DNA of 56,701 nucleotides from an uncultured Gammaproteobacteria bacterium (lineage in GTDB: Bacteria; Patescibacteriota; Patescibacteriia; Magasanikbacterales; UBA922), in NCBI GenBank assembly GCA_964592785.1, contig CAZQHU010000006.1, positions 1-56,701 of the forward strand. Reading direction: 5' to 3'. Of the stretch, positions 37,526 through 48,705 are shown piece after piece. Under the pieces are notes generated by a model. That model saw nothing but the letters and a program-made list of their open reading frames with translations, had not been told where the DNA came from and ran no database searches. Made by a program: the position numbers and the translations under genes. Positions within the stretch are counted from its first letter, which is position 1, and each line of letters opens with the position of its first letter.

Positions 37526-37623
37526 AATTTGAATATTTTGTAAGTAAATAGTAAGGCAGAAGCTATTTTAGCATAAAAATAATATTTGAAAAATGGCTAA
37601 AAATAGCCAAAAAGTGAGTAAAA

Positions 37624-37652
37624 TGGGGACAAACTGTGGATTCTGTGGATAT
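37624..37652. promoter_or_regulatory. Degenerate DnaA boxes upstream of dnaA
   Basis: TGGGGACAA, TGTGGATTC, TGTGGATAT. Confidence 0.6.
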
Positions 37653-37686
37653 TTACCAATTTAGTATTAATTTTTTGTTCAATTAC

Positions 37687-37715
37687 TTGACAAATAAAAT
37701 TGGATATAATATAAT
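37687..37715 (+). promoter_or_regulatory. rpmH operon promoter
   Basis: TTGACA-17-TATAAT. Confidence 0.75.
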
Positions 37716-37738
37716 CACCTCACTTTTAATAATGAACT

Positions 37739-37915
37739 ATGCCAAAAAGAACTTATCAACCAAAAAAGAGACACAGAGCCAAATCCCATGGTTTTTTGGC
37801 TAAAATGAGCACAAAAGGCGGTCGTAGTGTATTGGCTAGACGTCGTGCCAAAGGTAGAAAAAAGCTGTCCACTAGTGATGAATTGAAAGGCAAAAGAACC
37901 AGAAAAACTCGTTAA
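37739..37915 (+). CDS. rpmH: 50S ribosomal protein L34 (not in the ORF track), with C-terminal extension
   Basis: [58 protein letters not shown], 58 aa, translated by hand. Confidence 0.97.
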   Translation: MPKRTYQPKKRHRAKSHGFLAKMSTKGGRSVLARRRAKGRKKLSTSDELKGKRTRKTR

Positions 37916-37989
37916 TTTTGCTAAAATCAGCCAAAAACCTCGTTTTAGCGAGGTTTTTGTGTTATAATAGTCTTGGTTTAAGTGAGAGT

Positions 37990-38370
37990 ATGCTCCCCAG
38001 AGAAAACAGATTAACCAAAATGAAAGATTTTGAAATTCTCTTTAAAGAAGGTCGGTTTTTTAGTGCTCCTCTGCTTCAGGCCAAAGTTTGGAAAATAGAT
38101 CCAAACAAATATCCTCGTCGTAAGTATTCTTTAGAAGATTTGAAAATTGGTTTTACTGTCGGTCTCAAAATAGACAAGCGAGCTGTGGTTCGTAATCGTT
38201 TGAAACGGCAAATGCGCGAAATTGTCCGCCTGCTTTTGAAATCAGATAAATTAAAATCTGGTTTGATGCTACTTTTAATCGCTAAAAAAGAAATGATTGG
38301 CAAAGAATATGGAGAGATTGAAAAATCTGTGATTGAAGTGCTGAGGAAAAGTAATGTTTTGAATTTTTAA
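37990..38370 (+). CDS. rnpA: RNase P protein component
   Basis: MLPRENRL, KIGFTVGLKI and AVVRNRLKRQMRE (RNR motif). Confidence 0.95.
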   Translation: MLPRENRLTKMKDFEILFKEGRFFSAPLLQAKVWKIDPNKYPRRKYSLEDLKIGFTVGLKIDKRAVVRNRLKRQMREIVRLLLKSDKLKSGLMLLLIAKKEMIGKEYGEIEKSVIEVLRKSNVLNF

Positions 38371-38460
38371 TTTGAAATTTAGAATTTTTAAACAATTTTA
38401 AATAATTCAATATTTTAATATTAAAAATTGTTTTTAAATTAAAAATTAAAAATTTTAAAT
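38365..38460. repeat. Gene-less heptamer inverted-repeat element
   Basis: AATTTTTAAACAAT at 38383-38396 is identical to the left arm at 21583; right arm ATTGTTTTTAAATT at 38427-38440. Confidence 0.6.
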
Positions 38461-38461
38461 T

Positions 38462-38728
38462 GTGAAAAGTTTTTTTAAAAAATTATTATCTTTACCACGC
38501 TATCCATTATTATGGGTGATAAAGCTGTATCAGCACACAATCTCTCCAGATCATGGCTGGTTTAAGTTCTTGCATCCGCACGGTTATTGTCGCTACTATC
38601 CCACTTGTAGCGAGTATGGATACCAAGTAATAAAAAAAAGAGGAATAATTATTGGTATCTCCAAAACTATTTGGCGAATTTTGCGTTGCAATCCTTGGAG
38701 TAGGGGTGGGATAGATTTGCCCCAATAA
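38462..38728 (+). CDS. yidD: Membrane protein insertion efficiency factor
   Basis: [10 protein letters not shown] and [11 protein letters not shown] motifs; follows rpmH-rnpA. Confidence 0.95.
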   Translation: MKSFFKKLLSLPRYPLLWVIKLYQHTISPDHGWFKFLHPHGYCRYYPTCSEYGYQVIKKRGIIIGISKTIWRILRCNPWSRGGIDLPQ

Positions 38729-38760
38729 AAATCCGCTCCGCATATTGCGGGGCGGATTTT
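38727..38760. terminator. Bidirectional terminator between yidD and mscL
   Basis: AAAATCCGCTCCGCA/TGCGGGGCGGATTTT. Confidence 0.7.
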
Positions 38761-38766
38761 CTTTCT

Positions 38767-39150
38767 TTATTTTTTTAGTGAGTCTCTAATTTCCCTAAGT
38801 AATAATATTTCTTCGCTCGGCAGGACGGGCTTTTCTTCTTCTTTTTTTCTAAATTTATTTATTTGTCTGATCACGATAAAAATAGAAAAAGAAATAATAA
38901 TAAAATCAGTAATAGTATTGATAAAAGTTCCATAATTTAGTGTCAGCGCCGGAGCAGTTTCGGTGGCGGTTTTGAGAGTTATTTTGAGATTGGTAAAATT
39001 TATTCCACCGGTCAAAAAACCGAGAGGTGGTATGATCACATCGGCTACAAAAGAGCTAACGATCTTACCAAAAGCTCCACCAATGATCACGCCAATGGCC
39101 ATATCCAGGACATTGCCTTTCATGGCAAATTTTTTAAATTCTTGAAGCAT
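38767..39150 (-). CDS. mscL: Large-conductance mechanosensitive channel
   Basis: [28 protein letters not shown] and LLREIRD motifs. Confidence 0.97.
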   Translation of the reverse strand: MLQEFKKFAMKGNVLDMAIGVIIGGAFGKIVSSFVADVIIPPLGFLTGGINFTNLKITLKTATETAPALTLNYGTFINTITDFIIISFSIFIVIRQINKFRKKEEEKPVLPSEEILLLREIRDSLKK

Positions 39151-39244
39151 ATAATATATTCTATTTTAATAATAAATTTATTTTATCATTAGGCTAAACA
39201 AAAAACAATCCTTTAACAGTATGTAGGAGGATTGTTTTAGTTTT

Positions 39245-40303
39245 TTATTCTTCCACATTTTCTTTTTCTCCAATCTTGCCTTCTTCTTCCTCTGGAGCTT
39301 GGCCTTTTTCTACAGCTTCCCAAATCTTTTCTCGAATAGCTTTCATGAGTTTGGGATTTTCGCGCAGATATTGTTTGGCTTTTTCTCGGCCTACTCCCAG
39401 CTTTTCTTCACCATAGGTGTAGCTATTGCCGGTCTTGTTGATCACTTTGTGGGAGACGCCGGTGTCTAGCAGATCTCCGGAAACAGAGATACCTTCGTTG
39501 TACATGATGTCAAACTCGCAGGTGCGGAAAGGCGCGGCTACTTTATTTTTAACAATCTTGGCTTTTACTCTATTGCCGATAATACTTTCACCTTGTTTAA
39601 TCTGGGCGGCGCGACGGACTTCTACTCTTACAGAACAGTAAAACTTGAGAGCATTGCCACCAGGAGTGGTCTCGGGATTGCCAAAAAAGACGCCGATCTT
39701 ATGTCTTATCTGGTTGATAAAAATAACCACAGTCTTGGTCTTGCTGACAATGCCGGTGAGTTTTCGGAGAGCTTGGCTCATTAGCCGGGCTTGGAGGCCC
39801 ATGTGCTGGTCACCCATTTCTCCTTCAATTTCTGCTTTTGGCACCAGGGCGGCGACAGAGTCGATGACTATTACATCTACAGCATTACTGCGCACCAGAG
39901 TTTCTACGATTTCCAGGGCTTGTTCACCAGTGTCTGGCTGGGAAATAAGCAGATTGTCTACATCCACGCCGATTTTTCTGGCATAGTCTGGGTCTAGGGC
40001 ATGTTCTGCGTCCACAAAAGCGGCCACCCCACCTTGTTTTTGAACTTCGGCTACAATATGCTGGGCCAAAGTGGTTTTGCCAGAGGCTTCGGGTCCAAAA
40101 ATTTCAATAATTCTTCCTCGAGGCACGCCTTTGACACCGAGAGCAATATCTAGTGAAATAGAGCCGGTAGAAACTGCTTCCACATCTAGACTCTTGGCTT
40201 CGCCAAATTTCATAATAGCGCCGTCGCCATAGCGTTCTTTGATTTGGTCAATGGCCGATTGGGCGGCTTGCAAGCGTTCATTTAGTACTTCTTTTTTGGG
40301 CAT
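39245..40303 (-). CDS. recA: Recombinase RecA
   Basis: [20 protein letters not shown] and GGNALKFY motifs. Confidence 0.99.
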   Translation of the reverse strand: MPKKEVLNERLQAAQSAIDQIKERYGDGAIMKFGEAKSLDVEAVSTGSISLDIALGVKGVPRGRIIEIFGPEASGKTTLAQHIVAEVQKQGGVAAFVDAEHALDPDYARKIGVDVDNLLISQPDTGEQALEIVETLVRSNAVDVIVIDSVAALVPKAEIEGEMGDQHMGLQARLMSQALRKLTGIVSKTKTVVIFINQIRHKIGVFFGNPETTPGGNALKFYCSVRVEVRRAAQIKQGESIIGNRVKAKIVKNKVAAPFRTCEFDIMYNEGISVSGDLLDTGVSHKVINKTGNSYTYGEEKLGVGREKAKQYLRENPKLMKAIREKIWEAVEKGQAPEEEEGKIGEKENVEE

Positions 40304-40311
40304 ATTTAGTT

Positions 40312-40397
40312 GTTATTCCTGCCCTCGTTTACACGAGGGTAAACTCCAGTAGGAATCTAGTTAATAAATTATGGACCCCTGCCTTCGCAGGGGTGAC
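40312..40397. repeat. Composite palindromic element upstream of recA
   Basis: GTTATTCCT..AGGAATCTA and TGGACCCCTGC-CTTC-GCAGGGGTGAC in inverted arrangement. Confidence 0.65.
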
Positions 40398-40470
40398 AGT
40401 GAAAAAAAATAAGGATTTCCCTCACTTAGAATACTGATTTTTTGGGTAACTGTCAACAGTTAATTATTAT

Positions 40471-41148
40471 TCAATTTTCTGTGGGTTTGTAAACTACATG
40501 ACGAACTATGGTGGTAGTTTTCCCGTGTTTTTTTTGAGCGACAATAGTGATGGTATTGACCCCGGCTGAAAGATAAATAGTTTCTTTGAATTGGCCTTTT
40601 TCACTGTTTTTTATTTCACGGCCATTGAGACTGACAGTGGTTTCTTTTTCAGTTTGACCGACCACCAGGGTGTAGTCATGGGGTGTAATAAAACCTTCAG
40701 TCGGAGAAAAAATTATTAGTTCTGGCGGTTCGACAATATTTTTTACTTGCCAACCCAAGTAGGTAAAAAGAAATAGAATGATGATAGCAAAAAATCCCAC
40801 CCGCAGATAAGCAGGCAGATTGCACCAGAAATTATTTTTGATAGCCACGTGTGGGTGCTTGGTGATTTTTTCTTTTTTGGTTTCTTCCAGGAGATATTGA
40901 GAGAGAAATGAATCGGGTTTGACGCCCAGACACTCCACATAACGACGGACAATATTTTTTTGGTAAACTGTGGCTTTGGGCAAATTTTCAAATTGACAGT
41001 TTTCCAGAGCTTTTAAATATTTTTTATCAATTTTGGTTTTGTCGGCCAATTCTTCCAGAGAAATATTTTTTTGTTGTCGCAGTTCACGCAGACGGATGCA
41101 GACTCGTTCTGGTGGCGGAGCCAATTTTTTACAAAAAAAAGCTGACAT
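40471..41148 (-). CDS. RodZ-like HTH + TM + Ig-like domain protein
   Basis: XRE-type HTH (LRELRQQKNISLEELADKTKI..YLKALE), central TM, beta-rich C-terminus. Confidence 0.8.
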   Translation of the reverse strand: MSAFFCKKLAPPPERVCIRLRELRQQKNISLEELADKTKIDKKYLKALENCQFENLPKATVYQKNIVRRYVECLGVKPDSFLSQYLLEETKKEKITKHPHVAIKNNFWCNLPAYLRVGFFAIIILFLFTYLGWQVKNIVEPPELIIFSPTEGFITPHDYTLVVGQTEKETTVSLNGREIKNSEKGQFKETIYLSAGVNTITIVAQKKHGKTTTIVRHVVYKPTEN

Positions 41149-41170
41149 AATTTAGGGTGATGGAAAAATT

Positions 41171-43513
41171 TTAATATTTTTCTTCTTCGTTATTTTCATC
41201 TTCTGGTGATTCTTCTACTATTTCTTCTATCTCTTGATCTACGATCACATCAGAAATTTTTTCTTCCTCTTCATTATTTTTTTCTTCTTCAAAAACATTA
41301 AATTCACCGCCCGCATTCATAGTCTCTGGTTCAGCGCTGGCCAGGATCTCTCTCGGTTTGGCGCCATCGGCCGGGCCAATGATCCCCGCAGCCTCCAGCT
41401 CATCTAGGATTCTGGCAGCTCTGGCATAGCCCACTTTGAATCTTCTTTGCAAGAAAGAAGCGCTGGCTTTGCCGGTTTTCAAAATTTCAGCTTTGGCTTC
41501 ATGAAACAGTGGGTCTTGGTCATCGCTGGCTCCACCAAAAAGATTGAGTGTGCCACCTTGGCCAGAATTTTTTTCTACAATTGATTGATCGTATTCTGCT
41601 GGTTCATCGCCTTTGAGGTATTCAGCCACATTTTTTACTTCTTCCTCAGAGACATAGGCGCCCTGGATTCTCACTGGCCGGCTAAGCTCAGCTGTCAAAA
41701 GCAACATGTCGCCTCGGCCCAAAAGTTTTTCGGCTCCCGGAGTATCCAAGATGGTACGAGAGTCAATGAGCGAAGCTACGGAAAAAGCAATGCGAGCCGG
41801 GATATTGGCTTTCATGAGGCCGGTAATAATATCCACGCTTGGTCTTTGGGTGGCGACGATCAAGTGAATGCCCACGGCGCGGGCCATTTGCGCTAGACGA
41901 ATAATGCCAGCTTCCACTTCTGAAGCAGCAGCTGCCATGAGGTCGGCCAATTCATCAATAATGAAAACCATGTGGGGTAATTTTTCCTGGGGATGTTTGG
42001 AATTGTAGGAGCTAATATCTCGGCTTTGGTCTTGCGACAGCAGTTCAAATCTTCTGTCCATTTCACCAATTGTCCATTTGAGGGCATTGACCGTTTTTTG
42101 AACATTGGTGATCACCGGAGTGAGCAAATGCGGGATGCCATTGTAAAGAGTCAGTTCTACGCGTTTGGGATCGACCATGATCATGCGCAAAGTTTCGGCA
42201 GTATTTTGATAAAGCAAACTCATGATAATGGTATTGATACAAACAGTCTTACCTGAGCCTGTGGCTCCAGCCACGAGGAGATGAGGCATTTTGGCCAAGT
42301 CAGCAAACCAAACTTTGCCGGCCACATCTTTTCCCAGGGCGATCATCAAACTATGTTGGCGGCTGTGAAATTCTTTGCTTTCCAAAAGTTCTTTGAGTGT
42401 GACCATGGCGGTTTTATAATTCGGCACTTCAATACCGACTAGAGATTTGCCTGGGATGGGCGCTTCGATTCGGATTGGGTGAGCTGCCAAGGCCAGAGAC
42501 AGATCATTATTAAGAGCAGTAATGCGGGAAAGCTTCACGCCCTTGTCTGGTTTGAGAGAATATTGTGTGACAGTCGGACCCACTCGCACTTCTCCCATTT
42601 CCACATCAATATTAAATTCATGGAGCGTATCATGGATAGTTTGGGCATTGGCAGTGATGTCGCCACTGGTTGGTTTGCTTTGTTTGGAAGTCAAAAGATT
42701 TAGTGGTGGCAGGTTTTTGATAAGCACGGGTTTGGTCCAAGGAGTGGCAAGAGGTTTTTTTTCTGTTTTTTCTTCTTCATTATCCTCATCATTTTCTGCT
42801 GACATTTTTTTGGAGAAAAATTTACGTCGATTTTCTTCTTTTTCATCTTCGCTTTCTTCAAGTTTTATAGTTTTGCCAGTAGTTTTTTCTTCTTCCTCTT
42901 CCTCCTCTTCTTCATCATAGTTACCATTGATTTGTAGTTGTTGTTGGCCATTATCTTTTACAAATAAACCAAAAAGATTGAGTACTGCTTTTCCACCCAG
43001 ACCCAAACCAGCAAAAACTTTTTTATTGAACATCACAAAAGCAGTAATGGCGGTATTGAAAATCAAAAAGATAGAAACTGCTACCATGCCGACCAAGATA
43101 ACCACTCCGGCGATTGAACCTAAATACGATTTCAATACCCAGGCAAACATGCCAAAAACACCACCACCGATTCCGTTTAGAGCCTCATTCCACATTTCTT
43201 CAGTAGCAAAGCCGATATGGAAAAGCGAAGACATGGCCAAGAAAAATAAAAAGGCGCCGATGCCATGAGTAGGATGATAATTGTATTCCACATCTTTGAA
43301 AAGAAACCAGGCCAAAATCAAGAGTACTATTGGTGTGGCATAGCGCATGGAACCAAAAAGAAAACTTAAGGCATATTGGTCCAGCATGATGCCGACTGTT
43401 CCTGCCTTGCCAAAAAAACTTAAAGTAAAAATAATTGCGGCTACCAGTAAAATAATTGCTAGAATGCCACGAGAAAGAATTGGATCATAAGAATGTTTAG
43501 GTCGGCGTCCCAT
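41171..43513 (-). CDS. ftsK: DNA translocase FtsK/SpoIIIE
   Basis: N-terminal TMs; PHLLVAGATGSGKT, IIDELADLM, QRPSVD and gamma domain LQRRFKVGYARAAR. Confidence 0.98.
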   Translation of the reverse strand: MGRRPKHSYDPILSRGILAIILLVAAIIFTLSFFGKAGTVGIMLDQYALSFLFGSMRYATPIVLLILAWFLFKDVEYNYHPTHGIGAFLFFLAMSSLFHIGFATEEMWNEALNGIGGGVFGMFAWVLKSYLGSIAGVVILVGMVAVSIFLIFNTAITAFVMFNKKVFAGLGLGGKAVLNLFGLFVKDNGQQQLQINGNYDEEEEEEEEEKTTGKTIKLEESEDEKEENRRKFFSKKMSAENDEDNEEEKTEKKPLATPWTKPVLIKNLPPLNLLTSKQSKPTSGDITANAQTIHDTLHEFNIDVEMGEVRVGPTVTQYSLKPDKGVKLSRITALNNDLSLALAAHPIRIEAPIPGKSLVGIEVPNYKTAMVTLKELLESKEFHSRQHSLMIALGKDVAGKVWFADLAKMPHLLVAGATGSGKTVCINTIIMSLLYQNTAETLRMIMVDPKRVELTLYNGIPHLLTPVITNVQKTVNALKWTIGEMDRRFELLSQDQSRDISSYNSKHPQEKLPHMVFIIDELADLMAAAASEVEAGIIRLAQMARAVGIHLIVATQRPSVDIITGLMKANIPARIAFSVASLIDSRTILDTPGAEKLLGRGDMLLLTAELSRPVRIQGAYVSEEEVKNVAEYLKGDEPAEYDQSIVEKNSGQGGTLNLFGGASDDQDPLFHEAKAEILKTGKASASFLQRRFKVGYARAARILDELEAAGIIGPADGAKPREILASAEPETMNAGGEFNVFEEEKNNEEEEKISDVIVDQEIEEIVEESPEDENNEEEKY

Positions 43514-43602
43514 AAATTTTTATTAAAGTATAAAACAGTAGTATTTTATCACAAAATTGGAAAATAAAAAAGACGGGCCGTAGCCCGTCTTTTTGCATCA
43601 AT

Positions 43603-45642
43603 TTAGAATAAACCACTTACTGTGAAAACTCCTGCAAAAATCAAGGAAACCACACTCATCAACTTGATAAGAATGTTAATACTTGGTCCAGAGGTATCCT
43701 TGAATGGATCACCCACAGTATCACCGACTACTGCGGCTTTGTGGGTAGGAGAACCTTTGCCTCCGTGTTCGCCACCTTCAATAAATTTTTTGGCATTGTC
43801 CCAAGCACCACCAGAGTTGGCCATGGAGATAGCGAGCATTACCCCAGAGACCAGAGAACCGGCCAAGAGTCCGCCCAAAGCAGCAGAACCGAGAATAAAA
43901 CCAACAGCTATTGGTACGATCACTGCCATAAGTCCTGGGGCTACCATCTCTCGGATAGCAGCTTTGGTTGAAATATCTACACATTTTTTGGTGTCGCCTT
44001 TGGCTTTACCTTCCATCAAGCCCGGGATTTCTTTGAATTGTTTTCGAACTTCATTGATCATGTCAAAAGCTGCGCGACCAACGGCAGACATGGTAAGGGC
44101 AGAAAACATAAATGGCAACATGGCGCCAATCAATAGACCAACTACCACATTGGTTTGCATAAGATCAATAGTATCCAAACCAGCAGCATGGGCATAGGCA
44201 GCAAAAAGTGCCAGAGCAGTCAAAGCTGCAGAACCAATAGCAAAACCTTTACCAATGGCAGCAGTGGTATTGCCAGCAGCATCCAAGGCATCAGTCCTTT
44301 TTCTAATATCTTCACCAAGCTTGGCCATTTCGGCAATACCGCCGGCATTGTCAGCTACTGGACCATAGGCATCGATCGCCAAAGAAATTCCCAAAGTGGA
44401 AAGCATGCCCACAGCTGAAATAGCTACACCAAAAAGTCCGGCAAAACGGTAAGCTAAGAAAATGCCTACACAAATTACAATCACTGGAAGAGCAGTAGAT
44501 AAATAACCTAGAGCTAAACCTTGGATGATATTGGTGGCAGCTCCAGTCTGTGAAGCATCAGCCAATTTTTTTACTGGTTTATAGCTTCCAGAAGTGTAAT
44601 ATTCTGTTAGCAAACCAACAATGATTCCTACCACCAATCCGGAAACTACGGCAATAAACACACCCCAATAATTTTCACTGATGAACAATTTGCTCAAGAA
44701 AAAAGCAGCAACTAAAACCAAAGCAGAAGCGCTCCACAAGCCACTTTTTAGAGCTGTATGAATATTTCCTTTTTTACCAATTTTTACCAAGAAAACTCCA
44801 AAAATGGAGGCCACGATCCCTACTGCTGATAAGACCAAAGGTAGAAAAATACCATTTAAACCATAAATGGCAAAACCCAAAATCATAGCCGAAATAATAG
44901 CTCCGACATAAGATTCAAAAAGATCAGCACCCATACCAGCCACATCACCCACATTGTCCCCAACATTATCGGCGATTACCGCTGGGTTTCGAGGATCATC
45001 TTCGGGAATACCAGCTTCAACTTTTCCAACCAAATCCGCACCCACATCAGCAGCTTTGGTATAAATTCCTCCACCAACACGAGCAAATAAGGCAATAGAA
45101 GAAGCGCCTAGACCAAAACCAGTAATAACATTTAAAATCAAATCTACAGGAAGATTTAAAAGTTTAAAAAATATGAAAAATAAAATGGAAAGTCCAAAAA
45201 GTCCCAATCCAACCACCGAAAGACCCATGACTGAACCAGAACGAAAAGCAATAATTAAAGCTTTGTTCAAAGTTTCACGGGCGGCATTGGCGGTTCGGAC
45301 ATTGGCTTTGGTGGCGATTTTCATTCCAAAAAAACCAGCCAATACACTGGATAGAGCACCATATATAAAAGAAACAGCCGTCAGGAGGCCTTCGTGAGCA
45401 GAGGTATCTTTTTTATCCAAAAAAACTACCAAGACGATTGCCAAGATAATTACAAAAATGGAAATTACCCGATATTCACGCTTCAAAAAAGCCATAGCTC
45501 CTTCTTCAATAGAATGTGAGATAGCTTTCATAGCGTCTGTACCAGGATCTTTCTTTAATACCCATCTGGCCAATCCATAAGCAACCCCCAGACTTAATAG
45601 ACTAGCAAATATTGTTAGCCCCAAAAGCGAAAATTCGCTCAT
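43603..45642 (-). CDS. hppA: Membrane-integral pyrophosphatase, K+-dependent, probably Na+-pumping
   Basis: [36 protein letters not shown] and GNTTAA motifs. Start trimmed to MSEFS. Confidence 0.95.
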   Translation of the reverse strand: MSEFSLLGLTIFASLLSLGVAYGLARWVLKKDPGTDAMKAISHSIEEGAMAFLKREYRVISIFVIILAIVLVVFLDKKDTSAHEGLLTAVSFIYGALSSVLAGFFGMKIATKANVRTANAARETLNKALIIAFRSGSVMGLSVVGLGLFGLSILFFIFFKLLNLPVDLILNVITGFGLGASSIALFARVGGGIYTKAADVGADLVGKVEAGIPEDDPRNPAVIADNVGDNVGDVAGMGADLFESYVGAIISAMILGFAIYGLNGIFLPLVLSAVGIVASIFGVFLVKIGKKGNIHTALKSGLWSASALVLVAAFFLSKLFISENYWGVFIAVVSGLVVGIIVGLLTEYYTSGSYKPVKKLADASQTGAATNIIQGLALGYLSTALPVIVICVGIFLAYRFAGLFGVAISAVGMLSTLGISLAIDAYGPVADNAGGIAEMAKLGEDIRKRTDALDAAGNTTAAIGKGFAIGSAALTALALFAAYAHAAGLDTIDLMQTNVVVGLLIGAMLPFMFSALTMSAVGRAAFDMINEVRKQFKEIPGLMEGKAKGDTKKCVDISTKAAIREMVAPGLMAVIVPIAVGFILGSAALGGLLAGSLVSGVMLAISMANSGGAWDNAKKFIEGGEHGGKGSPTHKAAVVGDTVGDPFKDTSGPSINILIKLMSVVSLIFAGVFTVSGLF

Positions 45643-45791
45643 AAAATGTTGGTTAAGAATAAGTAAAATTGCGGAATTATTATATAGGTAACTAATAAAA
45701 TTGTCAACTAAACAGCTTCGGAAAAAGTGCAAAATGTGGTATGATTGTGGTTGACTAAAGGCAAGATTTTTGCGATAATAGTGCCCTCTTT

Positions 45792-47144
45792 ATGAAGATC
45801 TGGAAGTATAAGTTTTTATTTATAATTCTAAGAATTTTGGTTTATGCCAAGCGGACTTTGGTTTGGCTTTTGCAAAAGACCTGGCAGTTTTTTGTTTCTA
45901 TCCAAGTGTTTTTTAGAAATAGTATTGGTTTTTATTTTTATAAATGGGGTTTTAAACTTAAGCAAAAAATAGGCAAAGAAAATCTTTCTTGGGGTAGTGT
46001 CTGGCGTGAGTTGATAGGCAAAAGAGGAGTTTTACAAGTATTTTTTTTATTTTTAATAGTCATGGTCATGTACCCGCACAGTCGGCTCAAAGCTTTTGAA
46101 AGCACCCATTTGCCGGGTCGTGGTACTACACTTTATCAGTTACTGGGTCCGGGAGATCAAGATTTTAGTTTGGAAGAAATCAATATGGACTACATGCCAG
46201 TGGCTGTGGATTTGCCAACTTGGCGTGAAGGCGCGGCCATCGCTCAGCCCAGTGCCGGGGCGATTTCTGTTTCTTTACCAGATGTTACCAATATTACCAT
46301 TGGCGGTAGTGCTTTGGGCAAGGTAAATATTATTCCTGGAGCATCTTTACCACAATCAGTTAGTGGTAGTAGTAGCCGAACAGAAATTATTTATCATACA
46401 GTCGAATCAGGTGATACGATCGGTGGTATAGCTGAACGTTATCAAGTGAGTGTAGTAACAATTTTGTGGGCTAATAATTTAACTGCCAATTCTTATATTC
46501 GTCCTGGTGATAAATTGAAAATTTTACCAGTTTCTGGCTTGGTTCACAAAGTTGCCAAAGGTGATACTCTTTTGAAAATTGCCAAACTTTATAAAGTAGA
46601 AACTGATAAAATTATTGAATTTAATAAATTAAAAGAAGATGGTTCAGATTTGGTGATTGGCGAAGAATTGATGATCCCTGGAGGTGCCAAACCAACTCCG
46701 GCCTATGTGGCCCCAACTCGTACTTATACTAGTTTTAGTAATGTTTCAGCTCCGCCAATTTCAGCCGAAGGCCCGGCCACCACTGGCTATCTCTGGCCAG
46801 CTGGGGTGCGGCGTATCACTCAATATTATGGTTTGCGTCATACGGGTGTGGATATTGCTGGTCCAGTTGGTACTGGGCTCTATGCTACTCGTGCCGGTAA
46901 AGTGACAGTTTCCCAATGTGGTTGGAATGGCGGCTATGGTTGTTATGTTATTATTGATCATGGCGACGGGGTTAGCAGTCTCTATGGCCATGCTTCTCGT
47001 CTCTTGGTAAGTGTGGGTGACCAAGTTGAACAAGGACAGAATATTGCTCTTATGGGTTCTACTGGGCGTTCTACAGGATCTCATTTGCATTTTGAAATTA
47101 GAATCGGCAGTAAACGAGTCAATCCATTTATCTATATTAGATAA
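45792..47144 (+). CDS. LysM + M23 peptidase protein
   Basis: Two LysM repeats; HTGVDI, YGHASR and STGSHLHFE motifs. Confidence 0.93.
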   Translation: MKIWKYKFLFIILRILVYAKRTLVWLLQKTWQFFVSIQVFFRNSIGFYFYKWGFKLKQKIGKENLSWGSVWRELIGKRGVLQVFFLFLIVMVMYPHSRLKAFESTHLPGRGTTLYQLLGPGDQDFSLEEINMDYMPVAVDLPTWREGAAIAQPSAGAISVSLPDVTNITIGGSALGKVNIIPGASLPQSVSGSSSRTEIIYHTVESGDTIGGIAERYQVSVVTILWANNLTANSYIRPGDKLKILPVSGLVHKVAKGDTLLKIAKLYKVETDKIIEFNKLKEDGSDLVIGEELMIPGGAKPTPAYVAPTRTYTSFSNVSAPPISAEGPATTGYLWPAGVRRITQYYGLRHTGVDIAGPVGTGLYATRAGKVTVSQCGWNGGYGCYVIIDHGDGVSSLYGHASRLLVSVGDQVEQGQNIALMGSTGRSTGSHLHFEIRIGSKRVNPFIYIR

Positions 47145-47155
47145 AAAATAAATAT

Positions 47156-47188
47156 AAAAAAGCACCTCGCAAAACGAGGTGTTTTTTT
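47156..47188. terminator. Bidirectional terminator
   Basis: AAAAAAGCACCTCG/CGAGGTGTTTTTTT. Confidence 0.75.
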
Positions 47189-48705
47189 TATTCTATTTTG
47201 GTGCGGTATTGTAGAGCTTCGGCCAAGTGCTCTGTTTGAATATTTTCTTGTCCCCCGAGATCGGCAATAGTTCTCGCTAGTTTCAAAATTCGGTGATAGC
47301 CACGAGCTGAAAGATGCATTTGTGTTACAGCTTGACGCAAGAGATTTACTGATTCATCAGTAAGCTGGCAAAATTCTTTTATTTCTTGACCGCGCATTTC
47401 AGAATTGCTTTGCAGATTTTTATTAGCAAAACGGCGTTGTTGAATTTGTCTAGCTTTTTCTACTCGTTCTCTAATTTTTTCAGAGCTTTCTGCCAATTCA
47501 TTTTTGTTCAATTTTTCAAATTTCACACGGGGTACTTCTACATGGAGATCGATCCTATCAATGATTGGTCCGCTAACTCTTTTTTGATAATTATTTATTT
47601 GCATTGGACTGCAAGTACAGTGGCGATCAGGATCACTGGCATAGCCACAAGGGCAAGGATTTTGACTGGCTACCAGAGTGAAACGTGCAGGAAAAGTGAT
47701 TGTTCCTTGGGCGCGAGAAATCGTGATGATTCCATCTTCCAAAGGTTGGCGTAAATTTTCCAAAACAATTCTGGGAAATTCAGGAAATTCATCTAGAAAT
47801 AAAACTCCGCGATGGGCTAGTGAAATTTCTCCTGGTCTGGGAAATTTACCACCACCAACCAAGGCCACCCCGCTGGCTGTGTGGTGTGGGGTGCGAAAGG
47901 GTCGTTCGGTTATTAAAGGTTTGTCATTTGGTAACATCCCTGCCACAGAATAAATCTTTGTTACTTCAATAGCTTCATGACGATTCATTTTGGGTAGGAT
48001 AGTTGGTAGAGTTCTTGCTAACAAAGTTTTTCCTGAACCAGGAGGGCCGGAAAGCAAAATATTGTGGGCGCCAGCCGCAGCGATTTCGAGCGCTCGTTTC
48101 ACAAATTCTTGACCTTTGACATAGGCCATGTCCATGTCAGAAATTATTTCTTCACCATTTTTTATTTCCTGTGGCTGAGCCATGTTTATTCCTTCCCCAG
48201 TATTTAAATAGACAAGGAGCTGTTGAAAATTTTCTACTGGATAAACTTCTATTTCAGAAATCAAACTGGCTTCATTGGCATTACAACTAGGTACAAAAAG
48301 TTTTTTGTAGCCATGTTGCATGGCGAAGATTGCCAATGGCAAAATTCCATTGGTATGTCGCAAAGTTCCATCCAGCGCCAGTTCCCCGACAAATAAAGAA
48401 CCAGCTAGATTTATTTCCAGTTCACTGTGAGAAAGATAAATCCCCACAGCGATCGGCAGATCAAAAGCTGAACCTTCTTTTTTTACATCAGCTGGCGCCA
48501 GATTGACGAGAATATTATGGCCACTAGGAAATTTTTCTCCAGAGTTGCGCCACATGGTTCGTATGCGATCTTTGGCTTCGCGAATCGCTGTATCTGCTAA
48601 ACCGATAATATTAAAACCTGGGAAACCTTTTCCCAGATTTACTTCAACAGTGATTGGTTCACATTCCAGACCGAGCACAGCAGCAGAATTTATTTTGGTG
48701 AACAT
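47188..48705 (-). CDS. comM: YifB/ComM Mg-chelatase-like AAA+ ATPase
   Basis: NLAPADVKKEGSAFDLPIA, GPPGSGKTLLA and LAHRGVLFLDEFPEF motifs. Confidence 0.94.
   Translation of the reverse strand: MFTKINSAAVLGLECEPITVEVNLGKGFPGFNIIGLADTAIREAKDRIRTMWRNSGEKFPSGHNILVNLAPADVKKEGSAFDLPIAVGIYLSHSELEINLAGSLFVGELALDGTLRHTNGILPLAIFAMQHGYKKLFVPSCNANEASLISEIEVYPVENFQQLLVYLNTGEGINMAQPQEIKNGEEIISDMDMAYVKGQEFVKRALEIAAAGAHNILLSGPPGSGKTLLARTLPTILPKMNRHEAIEVTKIYSVAGMLPNDKPLITERPFRTPHHTASGVALVGGGKFPRPGEISLAHRGVLFLDEFPEFPRIVLENLRQPLEDGIITISRAQGTITFPARFTLVASQNPCPCGYASDPDRHCTCSPMQINNYQKRVSGPIIDRIDLHVEVPRVKFEKLNKNELAESSEKIRERVEKARQIQQRRFANKNLQSNSEMRGQEIKEFCQLTDESVNLLRQAVTQMHLSARGYHRILKLARTIADLGGQENIQTEHLAEALQYRTKIE

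Noticed and set aside
42720-42920. Glu-rich low-complexity tracts in FtsK
   Set aside because: The FtsK linker is normally long and low-complexity, and the repeats are triplet-periodic.
43622-44197. Long antisense ORFs opposite hppA, pilin 23993 (24264-24854), pnp, recA and ftsK
   Set aside because: These are shadow frames of strongly supported genes, with no motifs or RBS.
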